Shown here in pieces: positions 1-9,588 of a stretch of 64,000 nucleotides of DNA; within the stretch, counting starts at the first letter, position 1; each line of letters opens with the position of its first letter. Under the pieces are notes generated by a model. That model saw only the letters and a list, made by a program, of their open reading frames with translations. It did not search any database and was not told where the DNA came from. The DNA comes from Armatimonadota bacterium (GTDB taxonomy: Bacteria > Armatimonadota > SYMT01): assembly GCA_041690135.1 (NCBI GenBank), contig JAWLHY010000008.1:160001-224000 (forward strand), read 5' to 3'. Both the position numbers and the translations under genes were made by a program.

Positions 1-1382
1 GTTACGTAGTTGTAGGCGGAGCCGTCCGGGGCCATCTTGAGCACAAAGGCATCATCTCCGGCGTTGTACCCTTCATCGTAGGCCCCGACCGTAACGGGCA
101 AGTTGTTGGAGTTGGTGGCTCCGGAAACGTAGATGGAGCCGGTGCCGTCCAGGCCGATGCCTCTCCCTTCTTCGGAGGAAGTGCCGCCGAAGTAGGTGCT
201 GAAGTCCAGACTGTCGCCGGCAGGGGAAATTCGGGCCACAAAGGCATCGTAGAGGCCCAACCGGCCGACCTGGAGGGCATTGACGTTCGGAAAGTTGTCG
301 GACGAAGTGGACCCGGTGACATAAGCGCCGCCCGCGGTGTCCACCGCGATCGCTCGGCCGGCATCGAAGCCGCTACCACCGATGAAGGTGGAATAGAGGA
401 TGGCGGTTCCCGTGGGATTCAGCTTGGTCACGAAAACGTCGCCGAAGGTGGCAAGGGTGGTATCGTGCGCCCCTGGAGTCACCGGATAGTTGGCGCTTGC
501 CGACGTGCCGATGACGTATGCGTTCCGCGCACCATCCAGGGCGATGCCGAAGGCCTCGTCGCTGTCCCCGCCGCCCAGGTAGCTGGAATACTCCAGGATC
601 GGATCGATCACCAGGGTATGTTTGGGGTCGTAGGCGGCGACTTCGAAACCGACTTCCGTATCGCTCAGGCAGACGTAGCGACCGTCTACGCTGGCGCGAC
701 CTGCATCCAGGTCCTGGTAGATCACGGGCTTTTGCTGCCGGATCGATCCGAGAGCGGTATGGAGGATGAGATCACCGCCGGGTTCGACCTCGATCCGTTG
801 TGTACCTTCGAATTGGAGGCGAATTGGGCTGGGGTCCGCGCCCGGCGCCACGACGAAGTCGTACTCCAACTTCCCCTGGTTGCCGTAATAGGCGACGTCG
901 ATCCCCGGATAGACGCTGGGGAAGGCAACCCGCGAAAAGAGGGGGACATTCCGCCGCCATTTCGCGGGATCGTCTCCGAGCAAGTAGTTCACGCGCCCGG
1001 GCAGGGGCGTTTCACCTTGAGACGCGGCATCGGCATTCGCGCCGACCAGCTTCATGCGAACCACGGTGGAGGGAGGCGGCGTCTCTTTCGCTTCCGGCGC
1101 CGTACGCTGCACGCGGAGCACCGCTTCAGAAGGGGTGAGAAAGAGGCTGTAGCCCTGGCCCCGAGAAAGATAGCGGACCCGCGGGTCCGTCTGCCCGAGG
1201 TTGGCCTCAAAGGAGAGCGGAAGTTGACCGTAGGCGTTGCGGATGCGCTGCCCGTCGGCCTCCACGGAGGGCGCTTGGGGCGCTACTCGGCCGCTCCAGG
1301 CGGCGCACGCCAGGGTCGCAAGCAAGACCGTGCCGGTCCACTGCGGCCTGTGCTTGACCAATGACGATAAGAATCCGTTCAT
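1..1382 (-). CDS. Secreted SBBP (beta-propeller) repeat protein, 3' end runs off the window
   Basis: Not in the ORF track; translated by hand. ATG at 1382 with AGGAG RBS gives MNGFLSSLVKHRPQWTGTVLLATLACAAW...YGQLPLSFEANLGQTDPRVRYLSRGQGYSLFLT, and DAFVLKMAPDGS at the window edge is in the same frame. These are typical SBBP-protein motifs. Confidence 0.88.
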   Translation of the reverse strand, partial: MNGFLSSLVKHRPQWTGTVLLATLACAAWSGRVAPQAPSVEADGQRIRNAYGQLPLSFEANLGQTDPRVRYLSRGQGYSLFLTPSEAVLRVQRTAPEAKETPPPSTVVRMKLVGANADAASQGETPLPGRVNYLLGDDPAKWRRNVPLFSRVAFPSVYPGIDVAYYGNQGKLEYDFVVAPGADPSPIRLQFEGTQRIEVEPGGDLILHTALGSIRQQKPVIYQDLDAGRASVDGRYVCLSDTEVGFEVAAYDPKHTLVIDPILEYSSYLGGGDSDEAFGIALDGARNAYVIGTSASANYPVTPGAHDTTLATFGDVFVTKLNPTGTAILYSTFIGGSGFDAGRAIAVDTAGGAYVTGSTSSDNFPNVNALQVGRLGLYDAFVARISPAGDSLDFSTYFGGTSSEEGRGIGLDGTGSIYVSGATNSNNLPVTVGAYDEGYNAGDDAFVLKMAPDGSAYNYV

Positions 1383-1594
1383 GATGACTCCTGAACCGGA
1401 ACCCGTGCGGCGGCGGCGTCGGCAAGGCGAGGGGGAACGTCCGCATCCGGGAGATAGATAGAAGGCGGGAAAGGCGGCGGAACGCACGCCTGCAGGTGAA
1501 GCGGCTACCTGCCTGTAAGACGTTCGCCATAGGGTCGGCTGCCTCCTACCTTCCGGGGCAGACGGATTGAATCAAATGTTGCCGGGGTATCGCG

Positions 1595-1623
1595 TTGACG
1601 GGGTGCCGGACCCAACGTATACT
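1595..1623 (+). promoter_or_regulatory. Sigma70-type promoter for the 1689 gene
   Basis: TTGACG (1595-1600), 17 bp spacer, TATACT (1618-1623). Confidence 0.75.
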
Positions 1624-1688
1624 GCACGCGTCCGCCGGCTGCCGTAGCGCAGGCACCTGCCGCGGTCGCGCCACGATGTGCCGGGAGC

Positions 1689-2060
1689 ATGGTCGTCATG
1701 TCCGATCCGTTCAATATCCTCGGTCCCGAGTTCGAGATCCCGCCTTCCTTTGATGAGGCCGTCCGGGAACTGGTGAACCGTTTTCAGCAGGCCGCCGATC
1801 GCTTCCAGGAGTTGCTGAACCAATTGCCGCCGGAGAGATTCTCGGAGGAAGAGTGGCGGGTGATCGAGCGCTCCGCGGTAGATCTGGAAGAGAGCGTGGA
1901 GCGCGCGGAAGAAGGCTACGTGGCTGTCCAGTACGACAGCCACGCCTGGTACCGGATCATGGAGTCCCTCGAACGGGCCAGTCTCCGTCTCGAGTCCGCC
2001 ATCAGCCTGATGGAGCAGGTCGAAGCTCGGCCGGCGCCTCAGTCTTCGGAGGCAAAGTAG
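1689..2060 (+). CDS. Hypothetical acidic alpha-helical protein (start may be 1698)
   Basis: 123 aa ORF with GGGAG RBS and a strong upstream promoter; amphipathic helical composition; overlaps the ribF 3' end by 22 bp, convergently. Confidence 0.7.
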   Translation: MVVMSDPFNILGPEFEIPPSFDEAVRELVNRFQQAADRFQELLNQLPPERFSEEEWRVIERSAVDLEESVERAEEGYVAVQYDSHAWYRIMESLERASLRLESAISLMEQVEARPAPQSSEAK

Positions 2061-2971
2061 CTGCGGGCGGCTTCCACGTCGCGGGCAATCTGCGCGCGGA
2101 GGGTTTCGAGGTCCGGGAAACGCTCTTCTGGGCGCACTCGGTCGAGGAATTCGATCCGCACCGGCTGGTCGTAGAGGTCGCCGGTCCAGTCCAGCAGGTG
2201 TACTTCGAGGAGCCGGTTCATTCCGTCCCGCGTCGGTCTCACCCCCAGGTTCGCGACCCCGGGTAATAACTCGGCGCACCAACGTAACCGGGTGACGTAA
2301 ACTCCGTCGGCGGGGAGCAGTCGGTCGGGTGGCACCCGGACGTTTGCAGTGGGAAAGCCGAGCTGCCGTCCGACCTGATCGCCCCGATCTACCGTTCCCG
2401 GCAGTGGATACGGCCGGCCGAGCAGGCGCGCAGCGGCGGCCACCGCACCGATACGCACGCATTCCGCCACGCGGCTGCTGCTGATCCGCTCTCCGCCTTC
2501 GAGCACCGGCGTTACCGGTGTGGTGTGGTATCCGAGCTCGGCTCCGAGCCGCCGCAGGAGATCCAGGTCCCCGCGCGCGCCCCTACCGAAGCGGAAGTTT
2601 TCGCTGGCCAGGATCTCCACTACGCCCAACCGGCGCACCAGCACGTCGCGGATGAAGGTCTCCGGCTCTTGTCCCAGGAACTCCGGCGTGAGCCGGGCCA
2701 CCACCGTAACATCGATTCCCTGGGCTTCGATCAGGTCGAGCCGCTCGTCGAGCGAGGCCAACCGGGGGACCTCCGTGCCGGGCCGCAGGATCTCGATGGG
2801 ATGGCGGTCAAAGGTAAAGGCCACCGCCAATGCCTCCGCGCGGCGGGCGGCCGAGACGGTGGCTTGTAGGAGGGCCTGGTGCCCCCGGTGGACCGCAAAG
2901 AACTTCCCTATCGTTAGCGCCGAGCGGGGAAGGGGCTCAGCGAGGTTTTCAAGACCGATGACTCGACGCAT
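2039..2971 (-). CDS. ribF: Bifunctional riboflavin kinase/FAD synthetase
   Basis: HRGH, FRFG, ISSS, GRQLGFPTAN, GVY and LEVHLLD motifs; canonical position after truB. Confidence 0.96.
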   Translation of the reverse strand: MRRVIGLENLAEPLPRSALTIGKFFAVHRGHQALLQATVSAARRAEALAVAFTFDRHPIEILRPGTEVPRLASLDERLDLIEAQGIDVTVVARLTPEFLGQEPETFIRDVLVRRLGVVEILASENFRFGRGARGDLDLLRRLGAELGYHTTPVTPVLEGGERISSSRVAECVRIGAVAAAARLLGRPYPLPGTVDRGDQVGRQLGFPTANVRVPPDRLLPADGVYVTRLRWCAELLPGVANLGVRPTRDGMNRLLEVHLLDWTGDLYDQPVRIEFLDRVRPEERFPDLETLRAQIARDVEAARSYFASED

Positions 2972-3857
2972 CCGCGGTTACAAAGACCTTTTCCGGGGCC
3001 AGAAGTCGCGCCTCCCGGTGGCTACGCACCGTGGCTATCGCCAGGAGATCTCCCGCCGGATCCAGTACGCGGACGTGCCCGTCCGGAGTCGCCTCGGGAG
3101 CTGGAATGAATTGCCCTTGAGCCAGGCGCACTCCGTCCTCCATCTGCACCTGGAGAGCAGGAAGGTGGGCGAGAGCCTGGGATAGAGCAACGAGCGGAGA
3201 ATCAGCCTGGAGGTCGTCCAGTGGGACTGCGCCCGCGATGACAAAAGGGCCAACGGCCTCTCGGACTAGGGACCCCATGGCGCCGCCGACTTCCAGCCGG
3301 CGGCCGATATCGGAGCAGAGCGTCCGAATATAAGTGCCCGCGGAGCATTCGACCCGGATATCAGCCCTGGCGCGCGGACCGGGAGTGAAGCCGAGGAGTT
3401 CCAGGTGGTAGACGGTGATGGGGCGCGGCTCCCGCTCCACGATCTTCCCCTCCCGCGCCAACTCATAGAGCTTTCGACCCTTGACTTTGAGGGCGGATAC
3501 CATGGGCGGGACCTGCATCTGCGGGCCTCGAAAAGGGCCGAGCGCCTCCACGACCTGCTCCCGGGTGATAGTACCGGCATCCGTTTCGCCCAGCGTTACA
3601 CCGGTGGTATCCTCGGTATCGGTCTCGATACCGAGGACCAGAGTCGCCCGGTACACTTTCGGCAGTCCCTGCAGGTACTCCAGGATCCGGGTGCCGTTCC
3701 CGATGCCGACGACCAGGACGCCCGAGGCCATGGGGTCGAGCGTTCCGGCATGCCCGGCGCGACGGGTGCCCATCACGCGCCGGACGCGAGCGACGCAGTC
3801 ATGTGAGGTGGGTCCGGGGGGCTTGTGAAGGTTGAGGATACCGTGGCGGCCCGTCAT
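2949..3857 (-). CDS. truB: tRNA pseudouridine(55) synthase
   Basis: KPPGPTSHD, GHAGTLDPMASGVL, VPPMVSALK and CSAGTYIRTL motifs. Confidence 0.97.
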   Translation of the reverse strand: MTGRHGILNLHKPPGPTSHDCVARVRRVMGTRRAGHAGTLDPMASGVLVVGIGNGTRILEYLQGLPKVYRATLVLGIETDTEDTTGVTLGETDAGTITREQVVEALGPFRGPQMQVPPMVSALKVKGRKLYELAREGKIVEREPRPITVYHLELLGFTPGPRARADIRVECSAGTYIRTLCSDIGRRLEVGGAMGSLVREAVGPFVIAGAVPLDDLQADSPLVALSQALAHLPALQVQMEDGVRLAQGQFIPAPEATPDGHVRVLDPAGDLLAIATVRSHREARLLAPEKVFVTADASSHRS

Positions 3858-3881
3858 TCCAATAACTCTGCCGTCTCTATT

Positions 3882-4862
3882 TCAGCCCAGTGACGAGAGG
3901 TGGTTTACGACCGAACCGATGACCCTGTCGACCGCGGCGGGCAGGGGGCCGGGCAGGGTACATCCGGCGGCCGGCACGTGCCCGCCGCCGCCGAACTCAT
4001 CCGCAACCTGCGCGACGTTCGCCCGCCCGCGGGATCGCAGGCTCACACGGATATCCCCGTTGGTTTCTTCACGTAAGAAGACCGCGACCTCGCTTCCGGC
4101 GACCATCCGGATCTGGTCGACAAACCCTTCGGTGGCGTCGGAATTCAGCCCAAGATCGGCGAAATCCTGGCGCGACAATGCCGCCCACACCACCCGCCCA
4201 TCTTCCGTGCGTCGCAGATTACCGAGTAACCGGCCGAGAAGTACACTCGCCTCGTAGGGTCGGGAGCCGTACACCGCCTCATAAATGGGGGTGGGGTGGG
4301 CACCCAGGCGCACCAGCGCGGCGGCAATCTCGAAGGATCGCGGAGTTACGTTGGAATACCGAAAGGACCCGGTGTCCGTAACGATCGCCGCCATCAGACA
4401 TTGCGCCATCCCCGCGGTCCAATCTACCCCCAGTTCCTCCAGCAGTTCAAAGACCAGCTCACCCGTGGCGGCGGCGGTGCGGTCCACCAACTGCACGTGC
4501 CCGAAGGGGTCGGGGCCCGTGTGGTGGTCGATGTCGATAACCTCGGGGGCGCTAAGCACGGTGGGCTCCGCCGGTCCCAGCCGATCGGACCCGTCCGCGT
4601 CCAGCCCAATCGCCAGGTCCCAGTTCCCCGCGGCGTGCGTCCTTACGCCCTCCCAACCGGGAAGGAAACGATAGAGCTCGGGCACGCCGTCGGCGCTGAC
4701 GGCCGTAACCGACTTCCCCAGGCTTTCGAGGCCGGCCGCCAGACCAAGGAGCGAGCCGAGAGCATCGGCATCGGGTCGCACGTGGCACGCGAGCAGGATC
4801 TTATTCGCTTTCCGGATCGACTCCGCCGCTGCCCTCACCAGGCTCGACCGCCTGTTCATCAT
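3882..4862 (-). CDS. nrnA: DHH/DHHA1 phosphoesterase (NrnA-like oligoribonuclease/pAp phosphatase)
   Basis: HVRPDADALGS, IDHH, DTGSF and GGGH motifs; start set at MMNRRS (4862); sits between rbfA and truB. Confidence 0.9.
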   Translation of the reverse strand: MMNRRSSLVRAAAESIRKANKILLACHVRPDADALGSLLGLAAGLESLGKSVTAVSADGVPELYRFLPGWEGVRTHAAGNWDLAIGLDADGSDRLGPAEPTVLSAPEVIDIDHHTGPDPFGHVQLVDRTAAATGELVFELLEELGVDWTAGMAQCLMAAIVTDTGSFRYSNVTPRSFEIAAALVRLGAHPTPIYEAVYGSRPYEASVLLGRLLGNLRRTEDGRVVWAALSRQDFADLGLNSDATEGFVDQIRMVAGSEVAVFLREETNGDIRVSLRSRGRANVAQVADEFGGGGHVPAAGCTLPGPLPAAVDRVIGSVVNHLSSLG

Positions 4863-5202
4863 CCTTCCGCACCTGTTCCAGTAACTGACTGATCCGCGCG
4901 CCCCGTTCGGCGGAAGGATCGAAAACGAACCGAATCTCCGGCACGTAGCGCATCTGCGCGCGCCGCGCGAACTCGCTGCGGACGAACCCGGCAGCTCGAC
5001 CGAGGGCTTGCGCGGTGTTCTCTCGCTGCTCCGCGTCTCCCAGGACACTGTAGAACACCCGGGCATGACGAAGGTCCGGCGTGACCTCCGCATCCGTGAT
5101 CGTCACAAACCCGATCCGGGGGTCCTTTATCTCGCGGCGGAGGATCTCACTGACCTCATGGACCAGTAGCTCCTGCACCTTTCGCTGTCGTGTAGATGGC
5201 AT
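4801..5202 (-). CDS. rbfA: Ribosome-binding factor A
   Basis: IKDPRIGFVTITDAEVTPDLRHARVF and MRYVPEIRFVFD; operon context. Confidence 0.96.
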   Translation of the reverse strand: MPSTRQRKVQELLVHEVSEILRREIKDPRIGFVTITDAEVTPDLRHARVFYSVLGDAEQRENTAQALGRAAGFVRSEFARRAQMRYVPEIRFVFDPSAERGARISQLLEQVRKDDEQAVEPGEGSGGVDPESE

Positions 5203-5490
5203 TTAGACAAACTCGATTTCCACGTTCGTCACTTCGACGCGCGGATTGCTTTCGACCCAGTCGACCGCTTTATTGAGTACCTGGTCAGCGAACTGCTGGC
5301 TACCGCTCACGATGGCGATGGCCACGGTGGCCTTCCGCCAGATATCCTGGTTTTCTACCTCGGAGGCGGAGACGTTGAACTTGTGGCGCATCCCCTCCAG
5401 CATGCTCTTGACCACGGAGCGCTTGTCCTTCAGGGAGTTGGCTTCCGCGATGTACAGGTCAAGGGTACAGAGTCCGACAACGATCGCCAT
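5203..5490 (-). CDS. ylxP: DUF503 family protein
   Basis: SLKDKRSVVKS...KFNVSASEV..QDIW signature; lies between infB and rbfA. Confidence 0.92.
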   Translation of the reverse strand: MAIVVGLCTLDLYIAEANSLKDKRSVVKSMLEGMRHKFNVSASEVENQDIWRKATVAIAIVSGSQQFADQVLNKAVDWVESNPRVEVTNVEIEFV

Positions 5491-5504
5491 AGTAGTATTT
5501 AATT

Positions 5505-5537
5505 ACCCGGTGGGGATACGGTTTATCCCCACCGGGT
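5505..5537. repeat. 14-bp perfect inverted repeat between infB and DUF503
   Basis: ACCCGGTGGGGATA-cggtt-TATCCCCACCGGGT. Confidence 0.8.
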
Positions 5538-5583
5538 TGGAGGCACCCCCACTCGGGAGCGTGCCACGGGGCGAACCGGGAGC

Positions 5584-7455
5584 TTAAAGCTCCCGGGCCA
5601 CCTGCTGAATCTCGAAACACTCGAGGATGTCGCCTTCCTTCACGTCGTTGAAGCCGTCGATGATGATACCGCACTCGTACCCCGCGGCCATCTCTCGCAC
5701 GTTCTCCCGCACGTGACGAAGGCTGCCGATCTCCCCTTCGTGGATCATCTGCCGGTTGCGCACGACACGGATCTCGGCGTTTCGCCGGACCAGGCCTTCC
5801 AGCACGTAGCAGCCCGCCACGACATTGTTGTTAGGCAGCTTGAAGATCTGCCGGACTTCGGCGCGTCCCAGCTTGTTCTCCTGGTAGACGGGAGCGAGCA
5901 TCCCCGTCATCGCGGCCGTAACGGCGTCGATGAGCTCGTAGATGATCCGGAAGGTTCGGACCTCCACCCCTTCGTCCTGAGCGGAGCGACGGGCAGCCGG
6001 GTCGATCTTGGTATTGAAGCCGAACACCAGCGCATTCGACGCAGAAGCCAGCAGGATGTCGTTCTCCCCAATCGGACCGACGGCCGCGCGGAGGATCCGT
6101 ACCCGGACTTCGGAGGTGCTCAACCGGTTCAGCGCGTCGCGCGCCGCTTCGACGGAGCCCTGCACGTCGGCCTTGAGGATGACGTTGCATTCTTTGACGT
6201 CGCCCTGTTGGATCTGCTGGAACAGGTTCTCCAGGCTCAGCCGGCCGGCGTGAGCACCGAACTTCTCCTCGCGCTCCGCGGCCTCCCGTTCCTGCGCGAT
6301 CTGGCGCGCTTCCTTGTCGGACTCGGCCGATTCCAGCCGGGTGCCGGACATCGGCACAGCGGAAAGCCCCAGGATTTCGACAGGCATGCCGGGGCCCGCG
6401 CGGTTGACCCGCTGCCCGCGGTCGTCGGTCATCGCCTTGATCTTGCCGTAAATGCTTCCGACCACCACGCTATCGCCGGGGAAAAGCGAGCCGCTTTCTA
6501 CCAGCACCGTGGCGACAGGGCCTTTGCCCGGATCGAGACGAGCCTCGATAATGACGCCTTCCGCCGGGCCGTTGGGATCGGCCGTCAACTCCAGTACTTC
6601 CGATTCGAGCTGGAGGCGGTCCAGGAGATCGTCGACTCCCAGGCCTTCCTTGGCGGAGAGCTGAACGGTGCCGACTTCCCCGCCGTAGTCTTCCGGAACC
6701 AGCCCGTGTTGGGTCAGTTCGCCCAGGACCCGGTTGGGGTCCGCGTCCGGCAGGTCGATTTTGTTGATCGCCACTACCATCGGCAGGTTCGCCGCCTTGG
6801 CATGGTCGATCGCTTCCAGGGTTTGCGGCATTACGCCGTCGTTGGCGGCGACCACCAGAACGGCGATGTCGGCAATGCTGGAGCCGCGGGCGCGCATGGC
6901 GGTGAAGGCCTCGTGACCGGGGGTATCCAGGAAGGTGAGCCGCTTCATAACCTTGCGGCCTTCTCGCTCCTCACCCGTTTCCACGGAGGTCTGGAAGGCC
7001 CCAATGTGCTGGGTGATGCCGCCGAACTCGTGGTCGGCCACGTCCGTGCGCCGGATGGTGTCGAGCAGGGTGGTCTTGCCGTGGTCGACATGGCCCATCA
7101 CCACGATGACCGGGGGCCGCGGCACGGGTCCGGAGGGGCGTCCCTTTTTGGAGGACTTGGGGGCGGCTTTCGGAGCGGGAGCCCCGCCGTCGGCACGGGC
7201 AGCGGCTTTGGGGGCCGGAGCCGAAGAGACGACAAGGAAACCTTTCCGCTCGGCGACCTTGGTGGCGTTCTCCAGCGTTACCTGGGCGTTCAGGTTGGCG
7301 AGAATCCCCAGGTTGAGGAGCTCGCGCTGTACGTCGGCAGGAGAAACCCCGAGCTTGCCGGCCAGGTCGGTCACGGTTAACGGGCCGCCCAGCTCGATGA
7401 GCCGGTCTTCTCCGGTGTTGGACGTTTCGTTGGGGTTGGGGGTTTTCAGACTCAC
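5584..7455 (-). CDS. infB: Translation initiation factor IF-2 (short N-terminus)
   Basis: [40 protein letters not shown] and ECGI motifs; GTG start with GGAG RBS. Confidence 0.98.
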   Translation of the reverse strand: MSLKTPNPNETSNTGEDRLIELGGPLTVTDLAGKLGVSPADVQRELLNLGILANLNAQVTLENATKVAERKGFLVVSSAPAPKAAARADGGAPAPKAAPKSSKKGRPSGPVPRPPVIVVMGHVDHGKTTLLDTIRRTDVADHEFGGITQHIGAFQTSVETGEEREGRKVMKRLTFLDTPGHEAFTAMRARGSSIADIAVLVVAANDGVMPQTLEAIDHAKAANLPMVVAINKIDLPDADPNRVLGELTQHGLVPEDYGGEVGTVQLSAKEGLGVDDLLDRLQLESEVLELTADPNGPAEGVIIEARLDPGKGPVATVLVESGSLFPGDSVVVGSIYGKIKAMTDDRGQRVNRAGPGMPVEILGLSAVPMSGTRLESAESDKEARQIAQEREAAEREEKFGAHAGRLSLENLFQQIQQGDVKECNVILKADVQGSVEAARDALNRLSTSEVRVRILRAAVGPIGENDILLASASNALVFGFNTKIDPAARRSAQDEGVEVRTFRIIYELIDAVTAAMTGMLAPVYQENKLGRAEVRQIFKLPNNNVVAGCYVLEGLVRRNAEIRVVRNRQMIHEGEIGSLRHVRENVREMAAGYECGIIIDGFNDVKEGDILECFEIQQVAREL

Positions 7456-7707
7456 AGTACTCCGATCTTTCTTCCGAATTCCTCTCGAACGAATCGCTGT
7501 TAAAGGGAACGGGCCGAGCCCTTTGCGAAAGGCTCAAGCCTATGCTCGAAACTGCTCCAGCAGCAGTTGCCGCCGAAACCTGGATGAGAGCTAACGAGCG
7601 TCGCTCTCACCGGACAGGGGCTGAGAGGGGAAGAAAGTGGGACCGCCGGAGCGGACCGATTTAGAGTACCATCTTCAGCCTCCCAGGCCCTGGGACCGGA
7701 TTGCGGG

Positions 7708-7747
7708 GATGAACGGGCGGACGGCAGTCCGCGCTCGCCCGTTCATC
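7708..7747. repeat. Strong hairpin downstream of ylxR (possible terminator or processing site)
   Basis: GATGAACGGGCG (7708-7719) pairs with CGCCCGTTCATC (7736-7747); no clear U-tract. Confidence 0.6.
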
Positions 7748-7776
7748 GCTGTGAACATCCCGTCATTTCCTGACCC

Positions 7777-8064
7777 TCATTCCTGTCCCGTACTACAACC
7801 TGTTAAATAATCCCGCAGGCTAGCCGCGATTGCGGCTGCCGCCTCTTTCGGTACCGATTGCCGGAAAGCGCGGTCGAACGCCTTCCGCTTGATCGCTGTC
7901 TCCAGACATCCTTCCGAGGGACAGAGGTAGGCTCCGCGCCCCGGCACTTTGCCGTAGGGATCCAGCACAAACCGATCGTCGGGCGTGTGCACCAGCCGAA
8001 CCAGCTCCTGCTTATCGCGTACCGTTCGGCACGCAATACAACTGCGCTGTGGCTTTCGACGCAC
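7777..8064 (-). CDS. ylxR: YlxR/DUF448 RNA-binding protein
   Basis: PQRSCIACR...GRGAYLCPSEGC...RAF; follows nusA. Confidence 0.93.
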   Translation of the reverse strand: MRRKPQRSCIACRTVRDKQELVRLVHTPDDRFVLDPYGKVPGRGAYLCPSEGCLETAIKRKAFDRAFRQSVPKEAAAAIAASLRDYLTGCSTGQE

Positions 8065-8125
8065 CTGAGCCCTCGTCCTTTTCGACTTCCACTTCCGGGA
8101 GGCCTGCCGCCCCTACCCTGGCGGA

Positions 8126-9268
8126 TTACTCCTCGACGTCCGCTCCGGTCTCCCGACCAGCGGGAGTGGGCACCGTTTCTTCGCCACCCGCAAGTCGGGC
8201 GCCCTCACGGATCGCCAGCTCCTGAAGCCGCCGATCTCGATCCTGGCTTTCACTACGGATATCGATCCGCCAACCGGTCAGCCGAGCGGCGAGGCGCACG
8301 TTCTGCCCTTCCTTCCCGATCGCCAGCGAAAGCTGGGAGTCCGGCACCACCACGTAGGCGCTCTTGGCCTCGTCGTTGATCGTGACGGAAACAGGCTTGG
8401 CCGGGCTGAGGGCCTCGCGGATGAAATCGCCCACGTTATCGTGCCAGCGGATGATGTCGATCTTTTCGCCGTACAGCTCGTTGACCACTGCTTGTACCCG
8501 GCTTCCCCGATGGCCTACACACGCGCCAACCGGATCCACCTTTTCGTCGGTGGTCGCCACCGCGATCTTCGACCGGGCGCCGGCCTCGCGGGCCACGCTC
8601 TTGATCAGCACGGTGCCGTCTTCGATCTCCGGCACTTCCAACTCGAAGAGCCTCCGGATCAGCGACGGGTGCGAGCGGGACACGATCACCTGCGGGCCTT
8701 TGGTGGTTTTCTTGACTTCGAGCAGGTAGACCTTGAGGCGGTCGTTGAAGCGGTACTGCTCGCCATGTACCTGCTCGCTCGCGGGGAGGAGAGCCTCGAC
8801 CTTGCCAAGCAGCACGAAGCAGTTGCGCTGCTCGCGGCGCTGCACGACGCCGGTCACCACCTCACCCACGCGGTGGGCGAACTCGTCGTAAACCTTCTCA
8901 CGTTCGGCTTCACGGATGCGCTGCACCACCACCTGCTTGGCCGTCTGCGCTGCAATCCGTCCGAAGCCGTCGGCGGGGAGCTCCACGTCGATCGTGTCGC
9001 CGAGACGCACGGCGGGGTTGCGACGCTGCGCATCCGCCAGCCGGATCTCGCGATGGGGGTTCTCCACATCCTCAACGACGATCTTCTGGAGGACCGGCTT
9101 CAAGCCGCGACCGCGGGCATCCATCCGCAGCTTGACCTCGGCGCCGTCCGCGAAGGCGCGCCGGTAGGCGGAAGCGAGCGCCGACTCGATGGTTTCCACG
9201 AGTTGGTCGAACGGAATATCCTTCTCTCTCTCGATTTGCTTGAGTGCGTCGATAAAGTCGCCGTTCAT
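8126..9268 (-). CDS. nusA: Transcription termination/antitermination factor NusA
   Basis: [31 protein letters not shown] and [25 protein letters not shown]. Confidence 0.98.
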   Translation of the reverse strand: MNGDFIDALKQIEREKDIPFDQLVETIESALASAYRRAFADGAEVKLRMDARGRGLKPVLQKIVVEDVENPHREIRLADAQRRNPAVRLGDTIDVELPADGFGRIAAQTAKQVVVQRIREAEREKVYDEFAHRVGEVVTGVVQRREQRNCFVLLGKVEALLPASEQVHGEQYRFNDRLKVYLLEVKKTTKGPQVIVSRSHPSLIRRLFELEVPEIEDGTVLIKSVAREAGARSKIAVATTDEKVDPVGACVGHRGSRVQAVVNELYGEKIDIIRWHDNVGDFIREALSPAKPVSVTINDEAKSAYVVVPDSQLSLAIGKEGQNVRLAARLTGWRIDIRSESQDRDRRLQELAIREGARLAGGEETVPTPAGRETGADVEE

Positions 9269-9410
9269 CTCGCTCCAGTCCTCTATTACGTTGGTCTATT
9301 TGCCCGTTACCGGGTTATGCTGCCGACCGCCCGGGTCCTGCATCCTTTCGCGGATTGAGGTACGATTCTCACAGCAAAAGGGCTGCCGACCCTTTCGGCG
9401 CCAGAAGTGC

Positions 9411-9436
9411 GAAAGAGTGGGTTTTCACCCACTCTC
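9411..9436 (-). ncRNA. rimP-leader-like terminator hairpin in the nusA 5' leader
   Basis: Minus strand reads AGAGUGGGU-GAAA-ACCCACUCU-UUC, matching the GAGUGGG...CCCACUCUUU hairpin known upstream of rimP-nusA-infB operons. Confidence 0.75.
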
Positions 9437-9487
9437 AGGAAAAGCGCCGAAGTAGGGAAAGGCCCTATCAGGGGCCAAACCGCAGGA

Positions 9488-9516
9488 AGTATAGCATCTT
9501 TCCAACACCCGCGCAA
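9488..9516 (-). promoter_or_regulatory. Sigma70 promoter of the nusA-infB operon
   Basis: Minus strand TTGCGC (9516-9511), 17 bp spacer, TATACT (9493-9488) with extended TG. Confidence 0.8.
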
Positions 9517-9588
9517 GAGCAGCCCGCCCCCTCAAGTGAGGGCTGCGGCACGTTCTTCGATGGGTAGCCGGATAGGCAGGAGGTCGAA

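Noticed and set aside
2-1364. ORF-track entries 2..379(-) and 465..1364(+)
   Set aside because: Wrong frame or strand; the real gene is the SBBP protein starting at 1382, which the track does not list because its frame runs off the window edge.
5713-7380. 555-aa plus-strand ORF, and similar long antisense ORFs such as 8441-9358, 13275-14627, 46859-48289, 48335-49882 and 58704-59828
   Set aside because: Shadows of well-supported genes on the opposite strand; high GC suppresses stop codons; no motifs.
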